Origin: Myxococcota bacterium
GTDB lineage: Bacteria > Myxococcota_A > Polyangia > Nannocystales > Nannocystaceae
Assembly: GCA_039028615.1 (NCBI GenBank)
Contig: JBCCHT010000024.1
Span: forward strand, 96,001-160,000
Direction of reading: 5' to 3'
DNA: 64,000 bases
Shown here: piece by piece, positions 28,191 to 37,425 of the stretch
Position numbering within the stretch: the stretch's first letter is position 1
Layout: every line of letters starts with the position of its first letter
Translations under genes and position numbers: made by a program
Notes under the pieces: generated by a model
Databases searched by the model: none
What the model saw: the letters and a program-made list of their open reading frames with translations, nothing else
Told to the model about the DNA's origin: nothing

Positions 28191-29510
28191 ATGAGCTTCC
28201 AGAACATCCAGCGCACGCATCGATTCGAACCCGCCCCGGTGCAGGGCCGTATCCCGGCCGAACTCCGCGGCACCCTGTTTCGGGCCGGTCCAGGGCTCTT
28301 CGAGCGCAATGGTCGACGGATCGCGCACCCGTTCATGGCCGATGGTGCGATCGCGGCCGTCCGCCTCGAGGACGGTCGGGCGACCCGCGCGACTCGCTTC
28401 GTCGAGGGTTCTCACTTTCGCGAAGAGGAACAGGCCGGTCGATTTCTCTTCGCGGAGGGTGGCGGCTTCTTCCGTCGGCTATGGCACAGCGTCCGCGGCA
28501 CGGTGAAGTGCACGGGCAATACCAGCTTGTTCAAGTGGCAGGGCCGGATGTTTGCGCTGATGGAAGGAGGACGGCCGGTCGAGATGTCCACCGACACGCT
28601 CGACACCCTCGGCGAGCGCGATCTGGGGGTCATCCCGCGGGCCTTCTCGGCGCATCCGCACTACGTGCCGAGCCGAGCCGCGACCTTCAACTTCGGCGTT
28701 CGTTATGGCCGCACCATGCAGCTCGACCTCTTCGCCCTTCCCGACGAGGGCCCGGCGCAGCGGATGTCCACCATCGACGTCGAGCGGCGCACGATGATCC
28801 ACGACTTCATCGCCACCGACAATCACCTGGTGTTCTACGTCGGTCCCGTCGATCTCGACATCAAGCGCATCCTGCTCGGCATCGGCAGCATCGACACGTG
28901 GTTTCGCTGGAGGCCCGAGCTCGGTGCTCACTTCCTCGTCGTGCCCATCGACCAACCCGAGCGGGTGCGCAAGGTCGAGGCACCGCCGTTTTGGGTCTGG
29001 CACTACGCCAACGCCTTCGAAGACGGCGACGACCTGGTCCTGGATCTCAGCCGGCACAAAAACCTCGACTCGCTGGCGGCCCTGGGCGGCCAAGGGGAGG
29101 TTGCGCCCCCCAAGCTGCATCGCATGCGGATCCGGGCCTCGAACGAGGTCGAGTCCGAGGAGCTGTCGGACATCCCGGCCGAGTTCCCCGTGGTGCGGCG
29201 CGAAGAGAAGGCGCGCCGCTATCAGTCGCTGTGGGGCATCGCGCAGGCCGAGCCCTCGCGTACCGGCCTCGGTCGCTTCGATCTCGACGGAGGCCGGGCC
29301 GACACCTGGGTGCCGTCCGAGGGCGAGGAAGCGACCGAGCCCGTGCTCGATACCAGCGAGCGCTGGGCCATGAGCTTGGTGCAGGGGCGCGAGGAGAGTG
29401 CGGTCGCCATCTTCGCGGCGGATGCAATCGCCGACGGTCCCGTCGCGACGGTGGGGCTGGGTCAGCGGTTCCCCATCACCTACCACGGAGTCTGGCACTC
29501 GGCCGCGTAG
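28191..29510 (+). CDS. Carotenoid oxygenase family protein (RPE65/lignostilbene dioxygenase superfamily)
   Basis: GRIPAELRGTLFRAGPG; four Fe-binding His in SAHP, MIHDF, WHYAN, TYHGVW; EFP. Confidence 0.93.
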   Translation: MSFQNIQRTHRFEPAPVQGRIPAELRGTLFRAGPGLFERNGRRIAHPFMADGAIAAVRLEDGRATRATRFVEGSHFREEEQAGRFLFAEGGGFFRRLWHSVRGTVKCTGNTSLFKWQGRMFALMEGGRPVEMSTDTLDTLGERDLGVIPRAFSAHPHYVPSRAATFNFGVRYGRTMQLDLFALPDEGPAQRMSTIDVERRTMIHDFIATDNHLVFYVGPVDLDIKRILLGIGSIDTWFRWRPELGAHFLVVPIDQPERVRKVEAPPFWVWHYANAFEDGDDLVLDLSRHKNLDSLAALGGQGEVAPPKLHRMRIRASNEVESEELSDIPAEFPVVRREEKARRYQSLWGIAQAEPSRTGLGRFDLDGGRADTWVPSEGEEATEPVLDTSERWAMSLVQGREESAVAIFAADAIADGPVATVGLGQRFPITYHGVWHSAA

Positions 29511-29557
29511 TGGGTCGTTCGTCGGTGACGCGCCTCCGATGCTCGAGCGGGCCCGCG

Positions 29558-32500
29558 TCAGCTGGGGTGCTCGGCCAGCCAGGCTTCCGCGGCGATGCGC
29601 ACGTCTTCGTAGCGTTCCCCTCTCGAGGCGCCGTCGAGCGAGCTCGTGGCGAGCTGTCGGGCGCGCCGTCGCTGGCCGTCACCCCACAGCGCTCGGGCGA
29701 GCTCGAGCTGAAGCTTGGGTTCGGGGCTGCGCGGCGTCTTGTTGTTGCCGATGACCGCGACGGCCCGCTCGTAGTGACCAATGGCCTCCGCATGGCGACC
29801 GGTCTCGAGCGCGACGCGGCCCAGGCAGGTGAGCGACATGTCGAGGTCCGGGTGGTCGTCGCCCAAGATCTTCTCGTTGAGGCTCAGCGAGCGCAGACAG
29901 TAGGGCTCGGCGGCGGCAAAGTCCTCGCGCTGGACGTGCAGCGAGCCCACGTTGTGCAGCGCGAACGCGACCTTGGGGTGCTCGGCGCCATAGGCCGTCT
30001 CGTAGACCGAGAGGGCCCGCTCGTAGCTCGAGAGCGCTTCGTCGAAGCGTTTTTGCCGGACGCGGACGTTGCCGAGGTTGAGGTGGGCACTGGCGACCCA
30101 CGGGTGCTTGGGCCCGACCGCCCCCCGATAGATCTCCAGCACGCGCTCGAGCTCGGCCGCGGCTTCATCCAGGCGCCCCGTGGCCTTGAGCACGATCGCG
30201 ATGTTGTTGCGCTGCCGCCCCACGTCGGAGTGGTCGGGCCCGTGGAGGCCGACGCTCACCGCCAGCGCGCGGCGAGCATGGGACTCGGCCTGCTCGAGGT
30301 TGCCGCGACGATAGGCGAGCTGGGCGAGGTTGTTGATGACGTCGATGACCTCCGGGGCCCAACCGTCGGGGGTGGCTTGCTCGTGGATCCGCTTCGCTCG
30401 CAGGTACGCCTGCTCGGCGTCGTCGAAGCGCCCCTGGTCGAACAGCGCGGTGCCCAAGTCGTTGGAGGCCTCGGCGACGGCGGGGTGCTCGAGGCCCAGG
30501 GCTCCCTCGAGCAGCACGATGGCCCGGCGGTGTTCGGCCTCCGCGTCCGCGTAGCGCCCCGCTCGGCCGAGGGTCTGGCCCAGCCTTGAGTGCACGGCCG
30601 CGACCTCCGGGTGCTCGGGTCCGAGCTTGGCGATGTACTGCCGCAGCACGTCGCGGTAGATCGCCTCGGCTTCCTTGGATTTCGACTGCTCGGCGAGCAC
30701 CTCGGCCAAGCTCAAGCGAGCGCCGAGGACCTGGAGGTGCTCGTCTCCATGGGACCGGAGCAGGCGCTCGAGGGCCTGGCGATGGGCGGCCTCGGCCTCG
30801 TCCGGCTTGCCATCGACCAGCAGCACGATTCCCCGTCCGCGGTGCAGCGCGGCCACGAGGTCGTCGCCGAGGCCCCATCGCTCGGCCAGGTCCATGCCCA
30901 TGTCGGCGAGCAGCAGCGCCTCGGCGGGGCGGGACTGAGACGAGCCCACGATCTCGAGCAAACGAACGATCGCGTCGGTGGCGACGCGGTGGCTGCCGGA
31001 GCGAATGGCCAGGCTCATGGCCTCTCGTAGGGCCTCCTCGGCATCGGCGGGCCGGGCGAGGCGATCGAGCAGGGTTCCCCGAAGCAGCAAGACCTCCGCT
31101 TGCAGCGGGGCGTGGGCGATCGCGTCGGCACGCTCGCGCACGGGCTCGAGGCCGCCGAGTGCTTCGTCGTAGCGCCCGGCTCTGCTCTGCCAGGCCAGCT
31201 CGGCCAGCGTGGCCTGCAGCTGCTCGACGTCCTCGAGGTGTTGCGGATCGACGGGGGCCCGCCGAGCGTCGGTGAGCGCTTCGACGTCGGCGCAGCGAGA
31301 CAGGCGAGGCAGGCCGGCCACCACGTCGCGCGTGCGTTCGACGACGGTCGCGTCGGCGTCCTCGAGCACGGACACGGCCGCTCGTAGCTGGTCGCGGGCA
31401 TCGTGCAGGCACGCCATGCGCAGATCGAGGACTTCGGTGCTCTGCTCTCCGCGGATGGCAGTGGCCTCGCAGGTGTCGGTATGCAGCTCGACCCAGCGGC
31501 CCTCGTATTCGTCGAGCTCCGCCTCCACCAGCGCCCAGGCATCCGCGGCGTAGCCGACGTCGGTCTCGAGCAGCGCCGATTGTACGGACTCCCGCTGCGA
31601 AGGCCCCCAGATGGAGTCGAGCTGGGCTGCGGCTCCGGAGCACTGCGGTGAGCCGGGAAGCAGTGCCCACAGCCCGAGGGTGGCGACCGTGGCCGCGCCC
31701 ATCGTGGTCAACCAGACGCGACGGCGGGCTCCGACGGAACGCTCGAGCGCGTCGAGCAGCACCCCCATGGACGAGTGGCGGGCGGCGGGATCGGGCGCGA
31801 GTCCGCTGCGGAGGGCTTCGACGACGCCACGGGGAATGCGGTGACCACGGGGCGGCTCGGGAGGCCCCTTTTTCTTCTGCGCGAAGAGGAACCCTCGGAA
31901 GGGCCGCTCGCCGAACAAGCCCTCCCACAGGGTCACGCAGAACGCGTACTGGTCGGCGCGGTCGTTCGTGGCGTGACCCTGGTGTTGTTCCGGGGCCATA
32001 TAGGCGGGCGTGCCCACGACCACGCCGCTGCTGGTATCGAGCTCCGTGCGCCGAATGGTCTGCTCCTCCGACTGCAGGCTGGAGTGCTCCTCGCGGATTT
32101 CACCTTGGACCTGCGCCAGGCCGAAGTCGGTGACTCGAGCGCGTCGGTCGGCGCCCAGCAACACGTTGCCGGGCTTGAAGTCGCGGTGCACGAGTCCAGC
32201 CGCATGCGCGGCGGCGAGGCCTCGCCCCGCTTGGACGCAGATCTCGAGGACCTCCCGCCAGGGTCGTCGTTCGCGGAACCATTCTCGCAGGGTCTCGCCC
32301 GCGACGTACTCCATGACGATCAGGACGCGATGGCGATCGACCTCGACGTCGTAGACCCCCACGACGTTGGGGTGGCTCAGGCGCGCCATGGCGCGGGCTT
32401 CCTGGGCGAGGCGTGCCTCGGTCGCGGCGTCGAGGGCCATCGCCTTGATCTGCTTGATCGCGACCTCACGGCCCAGGCGAGGGTCGTAGGCGCGAAGGAC

Positions 32501-32707
32501 CCGGCCCATGGCGCCCTCGCCCAGCGAGTCGAGGGCGACGTAGCGACCGATGTTCGAGCCCATGGCGATGGGCGCGGTTTCGGACTCGAGGACGGCCGAG
32601 GTCGCGTCCCCCGTCAGCAGCTCCGAGGACCACCGCGGCTGCGCGTGGGGTGGGTCCGGGCGGTGGATGGAGCGGGTCTCCGTTTCCAACGACCCGGGTT
32701 CATCCAT
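29558..32707 (-). CDS. Ser/Thr protein kinase with TM helix and TPR repeats
   Basis: GEGAMG, VAIK, HRDFKPGN, DFG, GTPAYMAPE; many LGxxHP TPRs. Confidence 0.95.
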   Translation of the reverse strand: MDEPGSLETETRSIHRPDPPHAQPRWSSELLTGDATSAVLESETAPIAMGSNIGRYVALDSLGEGAMGRVLRAYDPRLGREVAIKQIKAMALDAATEARLAQEARAMARLSHPNVVGVYDVEVDRHRVLIVMEYVAGETLREWFRERRPWREVLEICVQAGRGLAAAHAAGLVHRDFKPGNVLLGADRRARVTDFGLAQVQGEIREEHSSLQSEEQTIRRTELDTSSGVVVGTPAYMAPEQHQGHATNDRADQYAFCVTLWEGLFGERPFRGFLFAQKKKGPPEPPRGHRIPRGVVEALRSGLAPDPAARHSSMGVLLDALERSVGARRRVWLTTMGAATVATLGLWALLPGSPQCSGAAAQLDSIWGPSQRESVQSALLETDVGYAADAWALVEAELDEYEGRWVELHTDTCEATAIRGEQSTEVLDLRMACLHDARDQLRAAVSVLEDADATVVERTRDVVAGLPRLSRCADVEALTDARRAPVDPQHLEDVEQLQATLAELAWQSRAGRYDEALGGLEPVRERADAIAHAPLQAEVLLLRGTLLDRLARPADAEEALREAMSLAIRSGSHRVATDAIVRLLEIVGSSQSRPAEALLLADMGMDLAERWGLGDDLVAALHRGRGIVLLVDGKPDEAEAAHRQALERLLRSHGDEHLQVLGARLSLAEVLAEQSKSKEAEAIYRDVLRQYIAKLGPEHPEVAAVHSRLGQTLGRAGRYADAEAEHRRAIVLLEGALGLEHPAVAEASNDLGTALFDQGRFDDAEQAYLRAKRIHEQATPDGWAPEVIDVINNLAQLAYRRGNLEQAESHARRALAVSVGLHGPDHSDVGRQRNNIAIVLKATGRLDEAAAELERVLEIYRGAVGPKHPWVASAHLNLGNVRVRQKRFDEALSSYERALSVYETAYGAEHPKVAFALHNVGSLHVQREDFAAAEPYCLRSLSLNEKILGDDHPDLDMSLTCLGRVALETGRHAEAIGHYERAVAVIGNNKTPRSPEPKLQLELARALWGDGQRRRARQLATSSLDGASRGERYEDVRIAAEAWLAEHPS

Positions 32708-32789
32708 CGGGTCCAGGGTACGTCGACGGCGGATTCGACAGGGGGCCCAATGCGGGCGGGTGCGGCGTCCAGCGTGACGCGCGAAGACG

Positions 32790-35684
32790 GTGTTTTGCGT
32801 CCGCACGAGGAGCGTGGTTTTCGGTACGATCAGAAGCCCCGTTGCCGGGGACGACACCGTGGGCCGATCCGACGAGCAATCCACCCCGGCCGCGGCCTTG
32901 GGCAAAGCAGCCACGGTTGCAGTCGAGTCGGGGAGTAGGGGAGTCCCCTCGCCACCGAGCGGGGACGACATAACGTTGCTCGATGGCGAGGCGCCTCGCT
33001 TCGAGCCGATGCTGGATCTGCAGCAGCTCGGTCGTTACACGATCATGAGCGAGCTGGGCCGGGGGGGTATGGGTTCGGTCTACGAAGCCTTCGATCGCAA
33101 CCTCGATCGGCGGATCGCGGTGAAGGTCCTGCACCGCGACGTGGGCTGGACCCACGCCGAGCGGCTGCGCCGAGAGGCCCAGGCGTTGGCGCGGCTGTCT
33201 CACCCCAACGTGGTCCAGGTCTACGAGGTCGGCGAGGCCAAGGGGCAGACCTACATCGCCATGGAGCTGGTGGAGGGGCAGACCCTGCGGCAGTGGGCCG
33301 AACGGCAGCCGCGACCCGGGTGGCGAGAGTGCGTGGCCGTCTACCTGCAGGCGGGCCAGGGGCTCTCGGCCGCGCACGACGAAGGCCTGGTGCATCGCGA
33401 CTTCAAGCCGAGCAACGCGGTGATGGACGGCGAGGGGCGGGTTCGCGTGCTCGACTTCGGCCTGGCGCGCGAGGTGGGAGACGACAGCGAGACCTCGCCG
33501 CACGAAGGGGTGGACCCCGCCACGCCGCCGCCCTCCGAGGCCTTGTCCGCGCTGGATACCCCCCTGACCCAGACCGGCGTGGTCATGGGGACGCCCGCCT
33601 ATATGCCGGTCGAGCAGCTGCGCGGGCAGGATGCCGACGCCCGCAGCGATCAGTTCGCGTTTTGTGTCGCGCTATACGAGGCGCTGTACGGCGAGCGGCC
33701 CTTCGCCGGGCACTCCACGGCCGCGCTGATGCTGGCGGTCGGAGGTGGTGACATTCGGCCTGCGCCGCGGGGGCACGGGGTACCGACCAAGCTGCGGCAG
33801 CTGATCGTTCGAGGCCTGGCGGCGGCGCCCGAAGATCGCTGGCCCACCACCGACGCGCTCTTGGTGCAGCTGCGGCGACTCGTCGCCCCTCGGACGCGGC
33901 GGTGGCTGATGCTGGGGCTGGCGGGTGGCCTCGGCCTGGCCGGGGTGGGTCTGTCGCAGTACGCGGCGGTCGGTTTTCGTTGCGATGGCGCGCGTCGCTT
34001 GCTCGACGGGGCCTGGGACGCGGAGCGCCACGAAGCGGTCGGTGCCGCGATCACGGCGACGGGGATCGAGCACGCGGCCGAGACCTGGCCACGCGTGGAG
34101 CAGCGGCTCGATGCCTATGCCGATGCGTGGGTGGCCAAGCAAACCGAGGTCTGCGAGTCGACCCGCGTGACCGAGCAGCAGAGCGAGTCGCTGATGGAGC
34201 TTCGCATGGCCTGCTTGTCCACGCGGCGGGTGGCCTTGCGCGAGACCACCGAGGTGCTGGCCAAGGCGAACGCGGCGCGGGTCAACCAGGCGCTGAACCT
34301 GGTCGACAGCCTCCCGAGCCTCGGTCGGTGTGACGACGTGGAAGCGCTCGCGGCCGAGGTTCCGCTCCCCGAGGACCCCGCCGTCGCGCGCGAGGTGGAG
34401 ATGCTGCGCGAGCAGCTCGATCGCGCCCGGCTGCTCGCGGTGGTGGGCGAGTTCACCGAAGGGCTGCAGGTCACCGAGCGCGTCGTCGCGCGGGCGGACG
34501 CGCTCGACTATGCGCCCCTACGCTCGGAGGCGCTGCTGCGGCGGGCTCAGCTCTACGATGCGGCGGGGCGCTACACCGAGGCCTACGACGACACCGAGCG
34601 CGCCTACCTGCTGGCGGTCGAGCATCGACACGAGACGGTCGAGCTGGCGGCGGTCACCGAGCTCATCCATGCGGTGGGCGAGCGGCAGTCGAAGCCCGAG
34701 GCGGCGCTGCAGTGGAGCAAGACCGCGCTGGCCTTGGCGCGCGAGCCCCTCGATAGAGCTTCGGTCCTCGCGCGGGTGGGGTCGATCTACAAGGACCAGG
34801 GGAAGCTGGACGAAGCGCTCGACCATCAGCTGCGGGCGCTGGCGATCCGCGAGGAGGCGCTGGGCCCGGAGCACCCCGCGGTGGCCAGCTCTCTCAACGG
34901 AGTGGCGGCGATCCTGCGACGCCAGGGCAAGCTGGACGAGGCCCTCGAGCATCACCGTCGGGCGCTAGCGATCCGCGAGGCGGCCCTGGGCCCCCGGCAC
35001 CCGATGATCGCCAGCTCGCTCAACAACATGTCCAACGTGCTCGTGCAGAAGGGGCAGACGACGGATGGGCGGCTCGCCCTCGAGAAGGCGCTGGCGATCC
35101 GCGAAGAGACGCTCGGGCCCACGCACCCCAAGCTCGGTACGATCTTGAGCAACCTTGGAGAGCTGTTCGCCAAGGAGGGAGACTACGCGGGCGCGCACGT
35201 CATGTACGCGCGCGCTCGGGCGGTGATGCGCGAGGGCTTGGGGCCGACCCACCCCCGGTTGTTGTGGGTGATCTTCGGGACCGCCGAAGCCTACGAGCTC
35301 GAAGGGCGGCTCGGCGAAGCGGCGGAGCACTACGCGCTCGCGCTCGACGGGTGGGAGCAGGTCCGCGGGCACCAGCATCCCGACGTGGTGCCACCGCTGC
35401 TGCGCCTGGCGGTGGTCGAGCTGGCGCGGGGAGACGAAGAGGCGGCACGAGAGCATGCCCAGCGGGCGCTGACGATCCGGGAGTCGGGCGAGACCGACGC
35501 GGGGTCGATGGCCGAGGCTCGTTTCGTCGCCGCCCGGGCGCTATGGGGCCTGTCCGAGCAACGCGGCCGGGCGCGGGCGCTGGCGGAGCTGGCTCGCGGT
35601 ACCTACGGTGGGCTCGAGCGGGCGACCGAGCTCGCGGAGGTCGAGACATGGCTGGCCGAGCACATGCTCGAGCCGAGCCCGTGA
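32790..35684 (+). CDS. Ser/Thr protein kinase with TM helix and TPR repeats
   Basis: GRGGMG, IAVK, HRDFKPSN, DFG, GTPAYMPVE; LGPxHP TPRs. Start uncertain (GTG at 32859 possible). Confidence 0.95.
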   Translation: MFCVRTRSVVFGTIRSPVAGDDTVGRSDEQSTPAAALGKAATVAVESGSRGVPSPPSGDDITLLDGEAPRFEPMLDLQQLGRYTIMSELGRGGMGSVYEAFDRNLDRRIAVKVLHRDVGWTHAERLRREAQALARLSHPNVVQVYEVGEAKGQTYIAMELVEGQTLRQWAERQPRPGWRECVAVYLQAGQGLSAAHDEGLVHRDFKPSNAVMDGEGRVRVLDFGLAREVGDDSETSPHEGVDPATPPPSEALSALDTPLTQTGVVMGTPAYMPVEQLRGQDADARSDQFAFCVALYEALYGERPFAGHSTAALMLAVGGGDIRPAPRGHGVPTKLRQLIVRGLAAAPEDRWPTTDALLVQLRRLVAPRTRRWLMLGLAGGLGLAGVGLSQYAAVGFRCDGARRLLDGAWDAERHEAVGAAITATGIEHAAETWPRVEQRLDAYADAWVAKQTEVCESTRVTEQQSESLMELRMACLSTRRVALRETTEVLAKANAARVNQALNLVDSLPSLGRCDDVEALAAEVPLPEDPAVAREVEMLREQLDRARLLAVVGEFTEGLQVTERVVARADALDYAPLRSEALLRRAQLYDAAGRYTEAYDDTERAYLLAVEHRHETVELAAVTELIHAVGERQSKPEAALQWSKTALALAREPLDRASVLARVGSIYKDQGKLDEALDHQLRALAIREEALGPEHPAVASSLNGVAAILRRQGKLDEALEHHRRALAIREAALGPRHPMIASSLNNMSNVLVQKGQTTDGRLALEKALAIREETLGPTHPKLGTILSNLGELFAKEGDYAGAHVMYARARAVMREGLGPTHPRLLWVIFGTAEAYELEGRLGEAAEHYALALDGWEQVRGHQHPDVVPPLLRLAVVELARGDEEAAREHAQRALTIRESGETDAGSMAEARFVAARALWGLSEQRGRARALAELARGTYGGLERATELAEVETWLAEHMLEPSP

Positions 35685-35775
35685 TGCGCTGCTGGTCGTC
35701 GTAAGGGGAACGCTTGGGCGCGGGACCGAAGGGCAATCCACTGGGCGGGGGGTGCCCCAGTTCAGGTCGAGCGCT

Positions 35776-35791
35776 TGTGAAATATTTCATA
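35776..35791 (+). promoter_or_regulatory. CRP-type box upstream of the crp-like gene
   Basis: TGTGA-AATATT-TCATA (consensus TGTGA-N6-TCACA), 34 nt before the GTG at 35826; -10 TACGTT at 35814-35819. Confidence 0.8.
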
Positions 35792-35825
35792 GGCGCTTCA
35801 CTGCGCCCTCGTTTACGTTGAGTGG

Positions 35826-36503
35826 GTGAGCGATTCGCTCCACGCCGTGCTCTCGGCACTGTGGCTGTTCGAGGACCTCACCGAGGCCGAGTTCGCGACG
35901 CTGCTGCAGTCGATGCAGATTCGGACCTATCGCTCCAAGGAAGTCATCGTCAAGAAGGGCGGCCCCGCCGACGGGCTCTACGTGATCCTCGATGGGCACG
36001 CCAAGGTCTCGTCGCAGAACAAGGAGGGCTGGGACACCGCCTTCTCCGTGATGGGGCCCAACGAGGCCTTCGGCGAGATCGCCCTGCTCGACGGTCAGCC
36101 GCGCTCGGCCACGGTCACCACGATGAAGGCGTGCCAGGTCGCGTTCATGCCCGTGTCGACCTTTCGCCACCTGCTGATCGAGTCGCCGACCATCGCGGTG
36201 AAGCTGCTGGGGGTCTTGGCCAAGCGGGTACGAAGGCTCAGCCAGAACCTCGAGGATCGCGATGCGCTCGGGGTCCGCGAGCGGCTCGCCAAGCAGCTGT
36301 TGTCCTTGGCCGAGTCGAGCCCCGAGGGGCTGATGGTCGATCTGTCGCTGTCGCAGCAAGAGCTCGGCGACCTGGTGGGCGCGACGCGGGAGAGCGTGAA
36401 CAAGCACCTGCGCGAGTGGCAGAAGCAAGGCTTCATCGAGCAGCGCCGACGCGCGCTGCTGCTGCAGGACGTCCAGGCGCTGCGGTCGCTGGCCGGAGGC
36501 TGA
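35826..36503 (+). CDS. Crp/Fnr family transcriptional regulator with an intact cNMP pocket
   Basis: FGEIALLDGQPRSATV phosphate-binding cassette; HTH LSQQELGDLVGATRESVNK. Confidence 0.95.
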   Translation: MSDSLHAVLSALWLFEDLTEAEFATLLQSMQIRTYRSKEVIVKKGGPADGLYVILDGHAKVSSQNKEGWDTAFSVMGPNEAFGEIALLDGQPRSATVTTMKACQVAFMPVSTFRHLLIESPTIAVKLLGVLAKRVRRLSQNLEDRDALGVRERLAKQLLSLAESSPEGLMVDLSLSQQELGDLVGATRESVNKHLREWQKQGFIEQRRRALLLQDVQALRSLAGG

Positions 36504-36518
36504 GCTCGGGCACGTCGC

Positions 36519-37283
36519 TCAGCTCAGGTCGAAGACCTGGCCGCACTGCACGAAGCCGAGGAAGCCATCGGCGCGGGCGTCGGGTAGCTCGCCCGTCTGG
36601 TAGTGGTACAGCCACATCTTGGCGCGGGTCTCCTCGGGCAGCTCGCGCAGCTCTTCGTAGTGCGCATGCACGCCGGTCTTGTAGGGCGTGGTCTCGCAAT
36701 CGTGGAAGATGAGATCGCTCGATTGCAGCGACGGCCACAGGTGATCCGGCTCGAAGCGGGTATCGGTGGTGATGAGGGTGGAGCGCTCGTCGATGATCTG
36801 CAGCCCGTAGCTGTGGACGATGCGATCGGCACCGCGCACGTGGATCGTGGGGACGAGGCGGACGTGGTGGCCGCACCATTCGAAGCCGCCGCCGTCGGCG
36901 ATGGGGTGGACGTCGAAGAAGGTCTCGAGCGTCGTCTCTTTGTCGCTGACGTGCCCCATACCGCCGCGCAGCGTGTTCTCCCACAGCGGCTGCACGAGCG
37001 ACTCACTGATGAACAGCCGCGGCCGCTCGCAAACGGGATCGAAGTACGTGGAGAAGCCCAGGTACTCGAGGCCTCCCGTGTGGTCGGCGTGCAGGTGGCT
37101 GATGTACAGATCGTTGACGTCGCGGTGGCTACGGCCCGCGGCGGCGAGCGAGCGCGGCAGGTCGGTCCCCGCGTCGATCAGCATGGATCGGTCGCAGCCG
37201 CTGCCGTGCAGCAGCATGTTCGACTGAAAGTTGTCTGCGCTCGAGGAAAACGCGGAGCCCGAGCCCAGGAACATCAGCTTCAT
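36519..37283 (-). CDS. MBL-fold metallo-hydrolase (RNase Z/phosphodiesterase-like)
   Basis: FLGSGSAF, LIDAG, SHLHADH, TIHV, TTDT, HDCE, VHAHY, LYHY. Confidence 0.92.
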   Translation of the reverse strand: MKLMFLGSGSAFSSSADNFQSNMLLHGSGCDRSMLIDAGTDLPRSLAAAGRSHRDVNDLYISHLHADHTGGLEYLGFSTYFDPVCERPRLFISESLVQPLWENTLRGGMGHVSDKETTLETFFDVHPIADGGGFEWCGHHVRLVPTIHVRGADRIVHSYGLQIIDERSTLITTDTRFEPDHLWPSLQSSDLIFHDCETTPYKTGVHAHYEELRELPEETRAKMWLYHYQTGELPDARADGFLGFVQCGQVFDLS

Positions 37284-37317
37284 GAAGACAGCCTAGGAGA
37301 GGCGCCCTCAACACCGT

Positions 37318-37333
37318 TATGAACCCGTTCACA
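37318..37333 (-). promoter_or_regulatory. CRP-type box upstream of the MBL hydrolase
   Basis: Minus strand TGTGA-ACGGGT-TCATA, 34 nt before the ATG at 37283; -10 TAGGCT at 37295-37290. Confidence 0.8.
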
Positions 37334-37381
37334 GTGGGGGTGTTTTTGTGGGTTCTTTCGGGGCCGGCTTCCACATTTCGG

Positions 37382-37415
37382 CGCCGGTCTCGCCCGTTCT
37401 GGAGCAAGACCGGCG
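37382..37415 (-). terminator. Hairpin downstream of the Cys-rich lipoprotein gene
   Basis: Minus-strand RNA CGCCGGUCUUGCUC-CAGAAC-GGGCGAGACCGGCG gives a 14-bp stem with two G-U pairs; no U tract. Confidence 0.4.
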
Positions 37416-37425
37416 GCGGGAGGAC

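Noticed and set aside
28136..30589. 817-aa ORF and many similar long Arg/Gly/Pro-rich ORFs across the window
   Set aside because: Alternative-frame or antisense artefacts of high-GC codon bias that overlap well-supported genes.
32707..32971. Apparent head-to-head overlap of the two kinase ORFs
   Set aside because: It disappears with the ATG at 32707, which is supported by a -10 hexamer at the leaderless spacing.
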